64,000 bases of DNA, taken from a virus. A model generated the notes under the pieces. That model made no database searches. It was not told the origin of the DNA and saw only the letters and a program-made list of their open reading frames with translations. Shown piece by piece: positions 30,180 through 39,054 of the stretch. The DNA is taken from positions 38,322-102,321 of the IMG/VR virus record IMGVR_UViG_3300037069_000769; one strand, 5' to 3'. Position 1 is the stretch's first letter. Each line of letters begins with the position of its first letter. Made by a program: the position numbers and the translations under genes.

Positions 30180-30434
30180 CCAATAGCAACGACCGTGCCA
30201 ATCCGGTTGGGATGTTTACCCTCAAGACCGACAATGGAGGGAGAGTTAGTGATCTTTGCTACATAGGGTCCATTCGGAGTGTTTCCGCATAACTCGCAGC
30301 CTCGATTGGTTACTTAGGCAGGTAGGTAAGGCAGGGTAACGGTTAAGATGGTCTAACGCTCCTGTGATTGCACTGGGTTGTAGTCAGCGATCCAGCCCTA
30401 TACTTGTCGAGTTGACTTCTGTAAGGAGAATGAA

Positions 30435-30632
30435 GTGGGTGGTTCGGTAACGTACGATGTGTACACGTATCGCATGGGCAAATTTTGGCTGTGCGATAGT
30501 TTCGAGAGTGAGGAGATGAATAAGACTCCGGAACTGCTCGCACAGATCAACGATCCTACGTTACGTCATCGAGGACGGTGGCGGGTGGTGAAACGTCAGG
30601 GTAAGAAGGCTCGGGCATTCCTGCCTGCGTAG
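30435..30632 (+). CDS. hypothetical protein
   Basis: AAGGAG RBS before GTG. Confidence 0.5.
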   Translation: MGGSVTYDVYTYRMGKFWLCDSFESEEMNKTPELLAQINDPTLRHRGRWRVVKRQGKKARAFLPA

Positions 30633-30645
30633 TTCTTACCTTGTC

Positions 30646-30715
30646 TAAGTCGTAGCTCAAACAGGCAGAGCGTCGGAGAATTCCGAGGTTGTGGGTTCAA
30701 ATCCCACCGGCTTAG
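30646..30715 (+). tRNA. tRNA-like RNA with shrunken (4-nt) anticodon loop
   Basis: TAAGTCG/CGGCTTA acceptor, TA-GCTC...GAGC D arm, TCGGA-GAAT-TCCGA, GTGGG-TTCAAAT-CCCAC T arm. Confidence 0.75.
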
Positions 30716-30748
30716 GTTTGCAAACGTTTGCAAAGGTGAGTTCCAAGA

Positions 30749-31204
30749 ATGTCTGACGAATACATCAGTATCAAAGCTGCTTGTAAACTTGCAGGCGTAT
30801 CCCAAGGCACACTATACTTAGAGATCGATCGAGGTAATCTGAAAGCTCTGAAAGCTACTGTCGGTCTTAACAAATATAGACGCACACAGTATCGAATCCT
30901 CCGATCTGATTTTGAGGTATGGGTCAACTCTTACAGACTTACCCGACCGTCTACGAATGCGGCGGGTGTTTGTGTATTCTGCGGTAAGGCTTGTTCAACC
31001 GCAGTTACCAGTTGCGATACTTGTCCCTCTCAGGAAATCATTGCTAAGGGCACTGCTGAAGCTCGGGCAGAGTGGGACGCGGTTACTGAGTTGGGAAGAC
31101 GGGCATCCGGAAAACCTGTTGAGTTTACCTTGCCTCGATTTATTCCTCGCACAAGACGTGAGAGGGATATTGTCCATAACCTAAGTCGTGAGGCAACCGG
31201 TTGA
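30749..31204 (+). CDS. excisionase-like HTH protein with zinc ribbon
   Basis: ISIKAACKLAGVSQGTLYLEIDRGNLKA...YRILRSD; CVFC...CDTC. Confidence 0.75.
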   Translation: MSDEYISIKAACKLAGVSQGTLYLEIDRGNLKALKATVGLNKYRRTQYRILRSDFEVWVNSYRLTRPSTNAAGVCVFCGKACSTAVTSCDTCPSQEIIAKGTAEARAEWDAVTELGRRASGKPVEFTLPRFIPRTRRERDIVHNLSREATG

Positions 31205-31692
31205 AGATTTCCCTGTTGACATTAGGGCCGGGTGATTGCGGTATCCGAAGATTCTTTTGCAAAGAGGATCGGATATACACTGAAGAGACTGTGCCCTTTC
31301 AAGTACTTCGATGGGATGATGTAAGATGCGTGCTGTGGATGGCTGATGGCACAATTATTACGGATATTCCGTCTCGACAGGTTCGAGTAGTTCCAAACGA
31401 GGAGTTTGAGGATGTCCTCTCCGACTTCAGCTTCATCCGATCCGAAGTTGCCAAGGGAGACCGTAACCGCAAGGCTGTACGAGCAAAAAGCAGACTCCGG
31501 GTATTCCCTGATCCACGAAGGGAGGTGCCTGATATGGGGCACCCTCCTCGGATTGTGTGTTGGAGTAATCGAATGTTCTTGCTTTACGATACTCTCTATT
31601 GGATGGAGGGCTTTGTAGATTATCGTGAGATTAAGGACATGTGCTGGATGCCCACCGAAACTCAACCCGATGCGAGGGACCGATTGCCGTGA
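31201..31692 (+). CDS. hypothetical protein
   Basis: 163 aa coupled ORF. Confidence 0.5.
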   Translation: MKISLLTLGPGDCGIRRFFCKEDRIYTEETVPFQVLRWDDVRCVLWMADGTIITDIPSRQVRVVPNEEFEDVLSDFSFIRSEVAKGDRNRKAVRAKSRLRVFPDPRREVPDMGHPPRIVCWSNRMFLLYDTLYWMEGFVDYREIKDMCWMPTETQPDARDRLP

Positions 31693-31870
31693 TTGAGTTA
31701 AAGATTTGTTCGGTGATTGTGACTGCCTTGCTTGCCTTGCTCGTGAGAAGTATCTGCCTCCAGCAACGCATCTCAATGTGGGAGTGTTTGATTGATGCTC
31801 TCGAAGACACCTATGGTTGGGTGATTCGGTGGAAGATACGATTTCGTAGGTTTAGGGAGCGTAGAAGGTA

Positions 31871-32467
31871 ATGACGCATGAACTGGTGATCGCTCACTAT
31901 GCAGAGAGTTTGGATTGGGTTAGAGGTCAGGAGTGGGCTTCCCCTCAAATCTACTCTAAAGGGCAGACCGTAGCGACACCCTTGCCGATTGTTGATCTTC
32001 TTCCAAATGTGGGCCGAGAGGCTCACACTTACCTGCATTACCTGATTACCCGATACGACAGTTTGCCTGACTATGTTGGGTTCTGTCAGGGCAATCCCTT
32101 CGATCATTGCAGAACGTTTATCCCTGAGCTGAGAGCCGCGTTCAGAAGGCCGAAACCGTTTAGTGGTTTTGGGTGGCAGTTACACTGCGATCCAAGAGGG
32201 TGTCCTGAGCATTGTGGGCTCCCTCTCGGGTTTTACTCGGATCGACTATTTGCCCGAAAGTTTTCAGAATTTGACTTTCAAATTGGGGCACAGTTCGTAG
32301 TCAGTGCCGAGAGAGTTAAGCGTCATCCTAAGTCATTTTACGAATGGCTGTATGTGTTTACCCGCGAGGATGAGGTAATGCCGTGGGTACTTGAACGACT
32401 GTGGGCAGTAATCTTCGATGGTTGTACGAACCTACGGAGACACGCTATTCCGGGAGACGGACCTTGA
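31871..32467 (+). CDS. DUF3431-family protein
   Basis: LVIAHYAESLDW, LPNVGREAHTYLHY, FCQGNPFDH, GAQFVVS, LERLW. Confidence 0.8.
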   Translation: MTHELVIAHYAESLDWVRGQEWASPQIYSKGQTVATPLPIVDLLPNVGREAHTYLHYLITRYDSLPDYVGFCQGNPFDHCRTFIPELRAAFRRPKPFSGFGWQLHCDPRGCPEHCGLPLGFYSDRLFARKFSEFDFQIGAQFVVSAERVKRHPKSFYEWLYVFTREDEVMPWVLERLWAVIFDGCTNLRRHAIPGDGP

Positions 32468-32593
32468 GTTGGGATCAAGCTTGGTGGTGGAGTATTCGAG
32501 GATTTGCCGCCGCAATTACGTGTGTACTGATAGTTATCGGCCTGATCCTCACGTCTTGTAGTGAGTACCCCTATGACGATCAGATGTGACCTA

Positions 32594-32622
32594 TTGACAA
32601 GTTATTGTCAGTATGGTACAAT
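32594..32622 (+). promoter_or_regulatory. sigma70 promoter with inverted repeat over -35
   Basis: TTGACA-17 nt-TACAAT; TGACAA-GTTA-TTGTCA. Confidence 0.75.
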
Positions 32623-32629
32623 AGGTAAA

Positions 32630-32980
32630 TGAAATTGAATCTCGGCCCCTAGAACAGACTCTTAGACCGGGAGACTGTAAGCTGCGGGGCGGCTTTTCGG
32701 GGGAAGCTAGGGGCCGAGTGCTTCTAAAGCTGCTTACTACTTATCAAGTCGGAAGGGCCTCAATCTCCTCTGGACCCCGTTCCGCTACTTATAGTAGTAA
32801 GCAGTTTTCTTTTGTTGATGGAAAAACCTTGGTGCAATGCCAAGGTGGTCTCTCTTGAGATCGAGTGATGTGCACTCCGGGGCGAACCCGGACCCCATTG
32901 TAATGGTGAGTAAAGTCCTCAGAATCCTTTGACTCATCGGGAGAGGCGTAACGCACCTGCCGACAAATCGGCAACATCGC
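32630..32980 (+). ncRNA. candidate structured non-coding RNA
   Basis: No + strand ORF of 60 aa or more; 12-bp stems 32641-52/32707-18 and 32730-41/32793-804 plus smaller hairpins; between a promoter and palindrome 32984. Confidence 0.6.
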
Positions 32981-33029
32981 TTTTGCAAACGTTTGCAATT
33001 CCTCGCTCTCTATCTGAAAGTGTTCTCCC

Positions 33030-33350
33030 ATGAAGCAGGATTTCAAATCCAATCAGTTTAGTGATGTTAACGGTAACCCCGCAGGGGGTCAGACGTTCGG
33101 GCCGGGAGTTTGTGTTGCATGGCAAAACGGTCCTTTGGCCGTTGACGGGGAGCGTAAGGAACCTAACGGCTGCTTTGTTGAGACAATCATCGCGATTGCT
33201 ATTGATCGTTTGAACTTTTATGAGCAGAGCAAGTTTGCGAGTGATTACAACAAGTCAGCGTTGCATCACCTCCATTTGGCTATGGCGGCACTTGAGCAGC
33301 GAACAAAGGACCGCGAGGCTCGTGGCGTTGAAGGTACTCATAAGGTCTGA
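33030..33350 (+). CDS. tad1: Tad1-like immune-signal sponge protein
   Basis: WQNGP...NG...IAIDRLNFYEQSKFASDYNKSALHHL...RTKDREARGVEGT matches recalled Tad1 pattern (DRL..FQ...F.S.EN..AL.H...R..DR..R.V.GT). Confidence 0.75.
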   Translation: MKQDFKSNQFSDVNGNPAGGQTFGPGVCVAWQNGPLAVDGERKEPNGCFVETIIAIAIDRLNFYEQSKFASDYNKSALHHLHLAMAALEQRTKDREARGVEGTHKV

Positions 33351-33383
33351 ACGATCAGTTGCTACCGTTTGAAAGGTTTGAGG

Positions 33384-34820
33384 ATGTCTCCTGATCGATA
33401 TATTGAAGCTTTGCACGCCGAAATCGGAAAAACTAAGTTTTTCGATTATCAGCCTAGTTCTGAGACTTCACGTCTTATCGAAATGTACTCGGATGGGTCA
33501 GTCCTTGATCCTCGAAAGAAAGTGTCATCTTGGGATGTTGTTCTTGGCGGTCCCCGCAAAGATACCCCAACTCTGAGATTACACAATGATGGAGAGATAC
33601 TTGTCTTGATGGCTCTCACGTCTCAAGGTACGTGGCAGGGTCGGGATCGTCGTGGTGGGGGTCGATGTTTGATCGTCCCGCAACCCAAAGATGGGCTTAC
33701 GCGGTGGGACATTATCGCAAACCCCTACAAGTATTTCTCTGAGTTCAAACCTGATGACGATGAGGCCGAGTTTCGGTATCAGGAAAGTCTTCCGGTCCAG
33801 ATCGACTGGGCTCCTCACGAGTGGGACATTCGTAAGTTAATCAAGCATCCTGAGCGGTACGCTCGAAGCGACACTGCTGTATGTCTGCTTGCTAACGATC
33901 GACCGGATTACTTTAAGCAGGTGGTGCAAACGCTTGCAAAAAATCCTGAAATTAAGGCTGGAATGCCTGTGTTCGCATTTCTGGACCTGCCTCTCGAACA
34001 GGAATTTTTGAACTGTCAGAGAGTGCAAACCGAAATCCTGAACGAGCTTATCCCCAATGCCGTAGTGATCTGGAGAAAGGTCAACTTCGGGTGCGGGAGA
34101 AATCTCATTGATGCCCGTAAGCAGTTGTTCGACCACTTGGGATTCGAGTATGTGTTCATGTTTGAGGACGATATGATCGTCTCCCCCGATTACATGGATA
34201 CCTGTATTCGACTGATGCGGTGGTGTCAGAGATTCTATGACAACGTTGGGGCAGTGCAGGCTTGGAACCCTTGTCGGCATTCTACGGATTGGAAACTTAA
34301 GGCTTCCAACTTAGTGCGTCCAACGTTTGAGAATCTGTGGGGTTATCTGATGTCCAAGCGGGCATGGGATGCCATCAAGGCTCAGATGTATACCTACACC
34401 AACTTGTTTCTTGGTGGTGATTATCGTCTGAGACCTCATAAGTCTATTGCCCACTGGTTTAGGCTTAAAACCAACCGTAAGCAGCAGCGGGTAGGATCAA
34501 CTCAATTTCCGCTCGATGTTGAGTTTGCAACAAATCGACAGTTGTATATCGACGGGCCTCCAACTGGACAGGATGCTGCTACCGCACTGCTTCTTGATTG
34601 TGCGGGATTTGTCCGTGTGACTACTGTCGTAAATCGAGGGATGAATATCGGGAAGGTCGGTCTGCATATGACACCTACCCGATGGATGCAGCAAGGCATG
34701 GACGAGATTGCCTTGGACGCCGTACCTACCCCTGATACTTTTGAAGTGCAGGGTCAGGTTGAAACTCCAAAAGATGCGGAGTCACCCGTTGAGGGGTTTG
34801 AATACATTAGGAGGACGTAA
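33384..34820 (+). CDS. GT-A fold glycosyltransferase with unknown N-terminal domain
   Basis: LLANDRPDYF, NFGCGRN, FMFEDDMIVSPDY, NLWG, NIGKVGLH. Confidence 0.75.
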   Translation: MSPDRYIEALHAEIGKTKFFDYQPSSETSRLIEMYSDGSVLDPRKKVSSWDVVLGGPRKDTPTLRLHNDGEILVLMALTSQGTWQGRDRRGGGRCLIVPQPKDGLTRWDIIANPYKYFSEFKPDDDEAEFRYQESLPVQIDWAPHEWDIRKLIKHPERYARSDTAVCLLANDRPDYFKQVVQTLAKNPEIKAGMPVFAFLDLPLEQEFLNCQRVQTEILNELIPNAVVIWRKVNFGCGRNLIDARKQLFDHLGFEYVFMFEDDMIVSPDYMDTCIRLMRWCQRFYDNVGAVQAWNPCRHSTDWKLKASNLVRPTFENLWGYLMSKRAWDAIKAQMYTYTNLFLGGDYRLRPHKSIAHWFRLKTNRKQQRVGSTQFPLDVEFATNRQLYIDGPPTGQDAATALLLDCAGFVRVTTVVNRGMNIGKVGLHMTPTRWMQQGMDEIALDAVPTPDTFEVQGQVETPKDAESPVEGFEYIRRT

Positions 34821-35098
34821 TGTCTACCATTGTCGAGATGTTTCAGAAGACTTTGAGTCTTGCTAAGGCCCTCATTACCGGTACGGATGTAAGTGAGGAC
34901 CGGCTCCGGGCACGCCTTGAGATTTGTTCGACGTGCGATAAGGTTAAGCATGATGGCAACACCATGCGATGCGGGATTTGCGGCTGTAAGTTGGCCGATA
35001 CTGGTCTTGTGAACCTTGCTCGATACGAGGAAGACCCTGACAAGAAGTACGGCTGCATGCACCCCGATGGAAGCCGGTGGAAGGCTAAGGGTGTGTGA
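34820..35098 (+). CDS. small Cys-rich protein (DUF6171-like)
   Basis: RLEICSTC...CGICGC...C.....W. Confidence 0.65.
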   Translation: MSTIVEMFQKTLSLAKALITGTDVSEDRLRARLEICSTCDKVKHDGNTMRCGICGCKLADTGLVNLARYEEDPDKKYGCMHPDGSRWKAKGV

Positions 35099-35280
35099 TG
35101 CCTCAAAAGAATTATCGGTCAGTGCTAATTTCCGACCAAGCGTTTATGGAACTTAGGCGAAACTCTGCTAATATGAGAGTACCTCAGCAGAGATTCCTCA
35201 GTGATCTGATTCTTTTGGTTGTGGAAAAGCATCCTGAGATTCTTGCTGAATTGCAGGAATCTTATTCAGCGGGAGAGTGA
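35095..35280 (+). CDS. small putative ribbon-helix-helix protein
   Basis: RSVLIS strand then two helices, 61 aa. Confidence 0.4.
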   Translation: MMPQKNYRSVLISDQAFMELRRNSANMRVPQQRFLSDLILLVVEKHPEILAELQESYSAGE

Positions 35281-35393
35281 GATGCTGGAGTTCTTGTTAA
35301 TCATTCACAGCTTGATGCCGTTAGGTGTGGAACTTTGGGATAAGTGTTATCCCCACAGAGTAGGTAACTTGCAATTAGCAAGAGAGAGTGCCG

Positions 35394-37160
35394 ATGAAGA
35401 TTGCGATCGTCAGCGAGGGCCTGTCAACGCCGAGCGGGTTTGGGCAGCAGGTCAGGCTATTATCAGCGGGTCTGGCGAAGAGGGGCCACGAGGTAACGGT
35501 TGTTTCTAGGAATACTCGTTATCCCGAAGCTCCCTCAGGAGTCAACGAGTGGCGACTGGTAACCCTTGATAATCTTGACCATCTTGATCGAGCCTTACAT
35601 CAATTGCAGCCTGATGCTGTGATCGTGTTGTGGTTTACCTCGATGGTTATTCACTTGAGTGGCATGAAGGCAGCTCCGGGTAACTGCCCGGTGTTCTTCT
35701 GGTTCCCTTGGGAGGGAAGTACCGTTCCTAAGGAAGCTGTCAACTGGATGGCTGGAACTCCCCGTGGGTCTGTCGTGCATCTGAGTCAGTTTGCTCAGAA
35801 GTTGTGGGACAAGACCACAGTAGGGTCGGATACCGTGATTCCTCATGGAGTCGATCTGACCATTTTCAAGAAGCTTCCGGAACGCACTCTGGATGTAGTG
35901 GAGAATCTCCGTGAGAAGTGGAGTGAGAGGCTTAACGCCAATCTTCACAGCTCATTCTTGGTGTTGAATGTTGATCGAAACATTCGACATAAGCGTTGGG
36001 ATGCGACGTATGCCTTTTTGCAAACGTTTGCAAAACGATCCGGCAAGAAGGTCAAGTTAATTGCCCACACTCACAAGGTTGGGGAAAAGCTTGATGGAGG
36101 ACTGTCTAGCTATGATCTCGGTAGGCTTGAAGAGGCGTACGATCTTCGAGGTAAGACAGCCTATACCGGATTTGATTGGGGTAACGGGCTTTCTCGTGAG
36201 GAAGTAGCTGAGTTGTACCATCTGGCCGATCTTCGGATCAGTACGTCTGAGGGTGAGGGCTTTGGCATTCCCACTATTGAGGCGGCTGCTTGCGGTTGTC
36301 CTCAAGTGCTTACTCGGCATACGGTTATGTCAGAATTGCTTCCCGAGAATAGCCCCTCTTTAGTGCCTCCAGCTTTCATGGAGTTTGATCGAGATTCCCT
36401 TTGGGCCGTTCCCAACGTTACGGCGATGGTTGATCGCACTCTTGAAGTGATGATGGACGCCGATACGTATGAGAATGTGATTGAACCCAACTACCGACAC
36501 GTCATCGAGAAGTTTGATTCGGAGGTTGTGTGCGATCAGTGGCATAATCTGCTGACTGGTAAAGCAGCCACCTCGACTAAGCGGGAGTTGTGGAATTCGC
36601 ATAGGTGGGGATTCCGTGGGGCCATTGAACGTCAGTTGGCCATTCGGGCTCTTGTAACTACCCTTGCCAAGTTTCAGATTCGCAAGGTGTTCGAGGTAGG
36701 ATCGTTTGACGGTAGATTTTTGGCTATGGCTCTCGAAATCGGCTTGGATGCCACGGGCCTTGAGCCGGACATTGAAGCTTTACAGCAGGCTGATCTCCGA
36801 GTTCGTACTCGGATAAAGTCTGATGTTGTGGTGAATCACAGTTGGCCCGCAGCTAATGCCGTAGTTCTGAATGATTCGCTGGGAATGGTCTCGGCATTGC
36901 ACAAGTCTGAGGGTGTGCGGATTGTGCTTGACCGAGTGTCGGGCTACCCGTTTGCGTTTATTCAGAACAGCCCGTTGTATATGTGGAAGGAAGAGATTCC
37001 TGACTTGTCGTATGTCTCGGATTACCTGCAATCCAAGAATATGACAAGACGCCATGACCTTGAAATTCTTGCTAAAAAACAAGATCAGTTCTTTGTGCAT
37101 GAAATCTGGCAGCAGGGTCAGGACACTTCGCACGTTCCTCCCCAATTAGCGAGTTCGTAG
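35394..37160 (+). CDS. GT4 glycosyltransferase fused to methyltransferase-like domain
   Basis: SGFGQQ, VIPHGVD, EGEGFGIPTIEAAACGCP; C-terminal VFEVGSFDGRFL...GLEPD. Confidence 0.88.
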   Translation: MKIAIVSEGLSTPSGFGQQVRLLSAGLAKRGHEVTVVSRNTRYPEAPSGVNEWRLVTLDNLDHLDRALHQLQPDAVIVLWFTSMVIHLSGMKAAPGNCPVFFWFPWEGSTVPKEAVNWMAGTPRGSVVHLSQFAQKLWDKTTVGSDTVIPHGVDLTIFKKLPERTLDVVENLREKWSERLNANLHSSFLVLNVDRNIRHKRWDATYAFLQTFAKRSGKKVKLIAHTHKVGEKLDGGLSSYDLGRLEEAYDLRGKTAYTGFDWGNGLSREEVAELYHLADLRISTSEGEGFGIPTIEAAACGCPQVLTRHTVMSELLPENSPSLVPPAFMEFDRDSLWAVPNVTAMVDRTLEVMMDADTYENVIEPNYRHVIEKFDSEVVCDQWHNLLTGKAATSTKRELWNSHRWGFRGAIERQLAIRALVTTLAKFQIRKVFEVGSFDGRFLAMALEIGLDATGLEPDIEALQQADLRVRTRIKSDVVVNHSWPAANAVVLNDSLGMVSALHKSEGVRIVLDRVSGYPFAFIQNSPLYMWKEEIPDLSYVSDYLQSKNMTRRHDLEILAKKQDQFFVHEIWQQGQDTSHVPPQLASS

Positions 37161-37164
37161 AAGG

Positions 37165-39003
37165 ATGACACTACAAACAGATATTAAGTCTTGGAATGCT
37201 TCCTACGCGATGCGTGGGAGCTTCGAGGGCACGGTTGTACTTACTAACGAGGATGGGACTTACACCACCTCGGATTTAAGATGGACCCCGTTTGTAGTGT
37301 CTCTTCAGTCTGCCGTCGGCGGATCAATTGGGATTGAGGATACGTCATGTTTTGCTGGCACTGTTGATTGGATCAACGGTATCGTGCAAAGTGTTGACGA
37401 CTCTGAGCAGTTGTCCGAGCGAAGTGTGACGTTGAAGGTGCGGTCGTATTTTGCTCAGTTGGCGAAGAAGCCCATTGAGACGTACTATATCGTCACAAAC
37501 ACCACGGACGCTATTAACGCAACATTGCAGATTTTTGGTGCCATCCCGGCAAGTTTTATTGACTTGACCGAGATGACCACCAATAACTACTTCTTCAGTG
37601 TGATCTCCGGGAATAATCTCCTTGACGAACTTACTAAGGTTTGTCAGGTAGCCGAGTCTGACGTGTTTGTTCAGGTCGGCGGCAAGATGACGGTTATCCC
37701 GTGGAAGGATAACAGAAGCTCTGTTGAGATTACAATTCCAGATGTTGCAGTTATCAGTGCTGAACTGACTCGCAACGATGATCCCTTGCCTAGTCGTATT
37801 GTTGGGCGGGGTCGATTTGTCTCGTACTATCGATGCGGATGGCAGACTGCGGGAGGTGATGGTAATCCTCTCGAAGCTCAGCCCTTCGACCCGAGTAAAG
37901 ACCCATTGACTCGCGGCTCTCAAACGAAGTGCTTGCAGAACGGAGCATACACTTCATCGGTCACTGTACCTGTACCTAACGCTCAGGGCAACAGTGAGTC
38001 GGCCCGCAATAGTGTTGTCACTGAGACGAGTGGAAACGGTGAAGTTTCTGCGTTGTCCCCTGATGGCACTCAGGCTGAAGTTACCGGCCCAAGCGGCAGT
38101 GCCCTTACTGACGGTAGTTTGACTTTAACTATCAGTCAGGAAATTCGCCAGAAACCTCCTAACGAGTATCAGGCGGCTAATGCCAAGCAAGGGCCTTTGT
38201 CACCTATCGTGGCCAGCGGGAATGAGATTCTCAAGAAAATCTATGATCGTTTGACAGATCATCACGATTTTACTCAGGGGCAGGGAGGTGGGGGAAACTC
38301 CGATGCGACCGCTCAGACTCCTGATCCAATTCAGATGACAATGTTTGTGGACGATAGTGCCCTTAAGGCCCAGTTCGGAGTGATCTACGATCAGTACGAG
38401 AATGAGTACATTTCTGATTTTGAAACTCTGTTTGACGTGATCGTCCGACGGTTTCAAGAGTCGAAGATGGCTCGTAACTCATGGAAGGTTGAGTGCGTGT
38501 ACTTGCCCTGTTTGAAGTTGGGGCAGGTTGTGCAGTTTAACACTCCGAAAGACGGTCGTACGATCACTGGGTTGTTGGCAGCTATCTCACTTCCATACGA
38601 AGCCGCCCCATCCGCTCGCATGACCTTGACGGTCTTGTCATTTGAGGAGCTTGGCAGCACTACCTACGTTTCAGGTAATCTGTTCCGATACCCTGAAATG
38701 TGTGGGTATAACGGCGAGGACTGGTTTGTTACTGGCGTGGTTGGTATGAATGGGGGTTATGCCACGATACGGAGTGGTGCAACCCTAAATCAGACTCTGC
38801 TGTTGGAGGTCGGGGCAGATTACACTCTTAGCTATGAGAGTACAGGTGGAACTATCACAGCAACTGTGACTGATACTGGAGGTACTGTTATGACGGGTGC
38901 TGGAACGTTCACCGCCCGCAACATTGCCAACACGTTTACGTTTGCCGCCTCTGGAGTAACGTTTTTCGGCAGACCTTACGTATATAAAACGGTGGTCAGG
39001 TAA
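37165..39003 (+). CDS. probable tail hub/tip structural protein
   Basis: 612 aa S/T/G-rich; FAGTVD, LTKVCQ, QFGVI...ENEYI, YLPCLKLGQVV resemble tail hub proteins. Confidence 0.55.
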   Translation: MTLQTDIKSWNASYAMRGSFEGTVVLTNEDGTYTTSDLRWTPFVVSLQSAVGGSIGIEDTSCFAGTVDWINGIVQSVDDSEQLSERSVTLKVRSYFAQLAKKPIETYYIVTNTTDAINATLQIFGAIPASFIDLTEMTTNNYFFSVISGNNLLDELTKVCQVAESDVFVQVGGKMTVIPWKDNRSSVEITIPDVAVISAELTRNDDPLPSRIVGRGRFVSYYRCGWQTAGGDGNPLEAQPFDPSKDPLTRGSQTKCLQNGAYTSSVTVPVPNAQGNSESARNSVVTETSGNGEVSALSPDGTQAEVTGPSGSALTDGSLTLTISQEIRQKPPNEYQAANAKQGPLSPIVASGNEILKKIYDRLTDHHDFTQGQGGGGNSDATAQTPDPIQMTMFVDDSALKAQFGVIYDQYENEYISDFETLFDVIVRRFQESKMARNSWKVECVYLPCLKLGQVVQFNTPKDGRTITGLLAAISLPYEAAPSARMTLTVLSFEELGSTTYVSGNLFRYPEMCGYNGEDWFVTGVVGMNGGYATIRSGATLNQTLLLEVGADYTLSYESTGGTITATVTDTGGTVMTGAGTFTARNIANTFTFAASGVTFFGRPYVYKTVVR

Positions 39004-39019
39004 AATCGCAGTAGCTCTA

Positions 39020-39048
39020 TTGACCTACCTAGCCCGTACCTGTATAAT
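39020..39048 (+). promoter_or_regulatory. sigma70 promoter, probably leaderless transcript
   Basis: TTGACC-17 nt-TATAAT with extended TG; ATG 6 nt downstream, no SD. Confidence 0.7.
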
Positions 39049-39054
39049 CGAAGC

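Noticed and set aside
30749-31204. Excisionase implying an integration module at the adjacent tRNA-like gene
   Set aside because: No integrase in the window and this HTH family is common in other roles; cannot be excluded for the rest of the genome
32905-32935. GAGTAAAGTCC resembling the RNase P RNA GAGGAAAGUCC motif
   Set aside because: Occurs near the 3' end of the element and the complementary P4 partner is not visible
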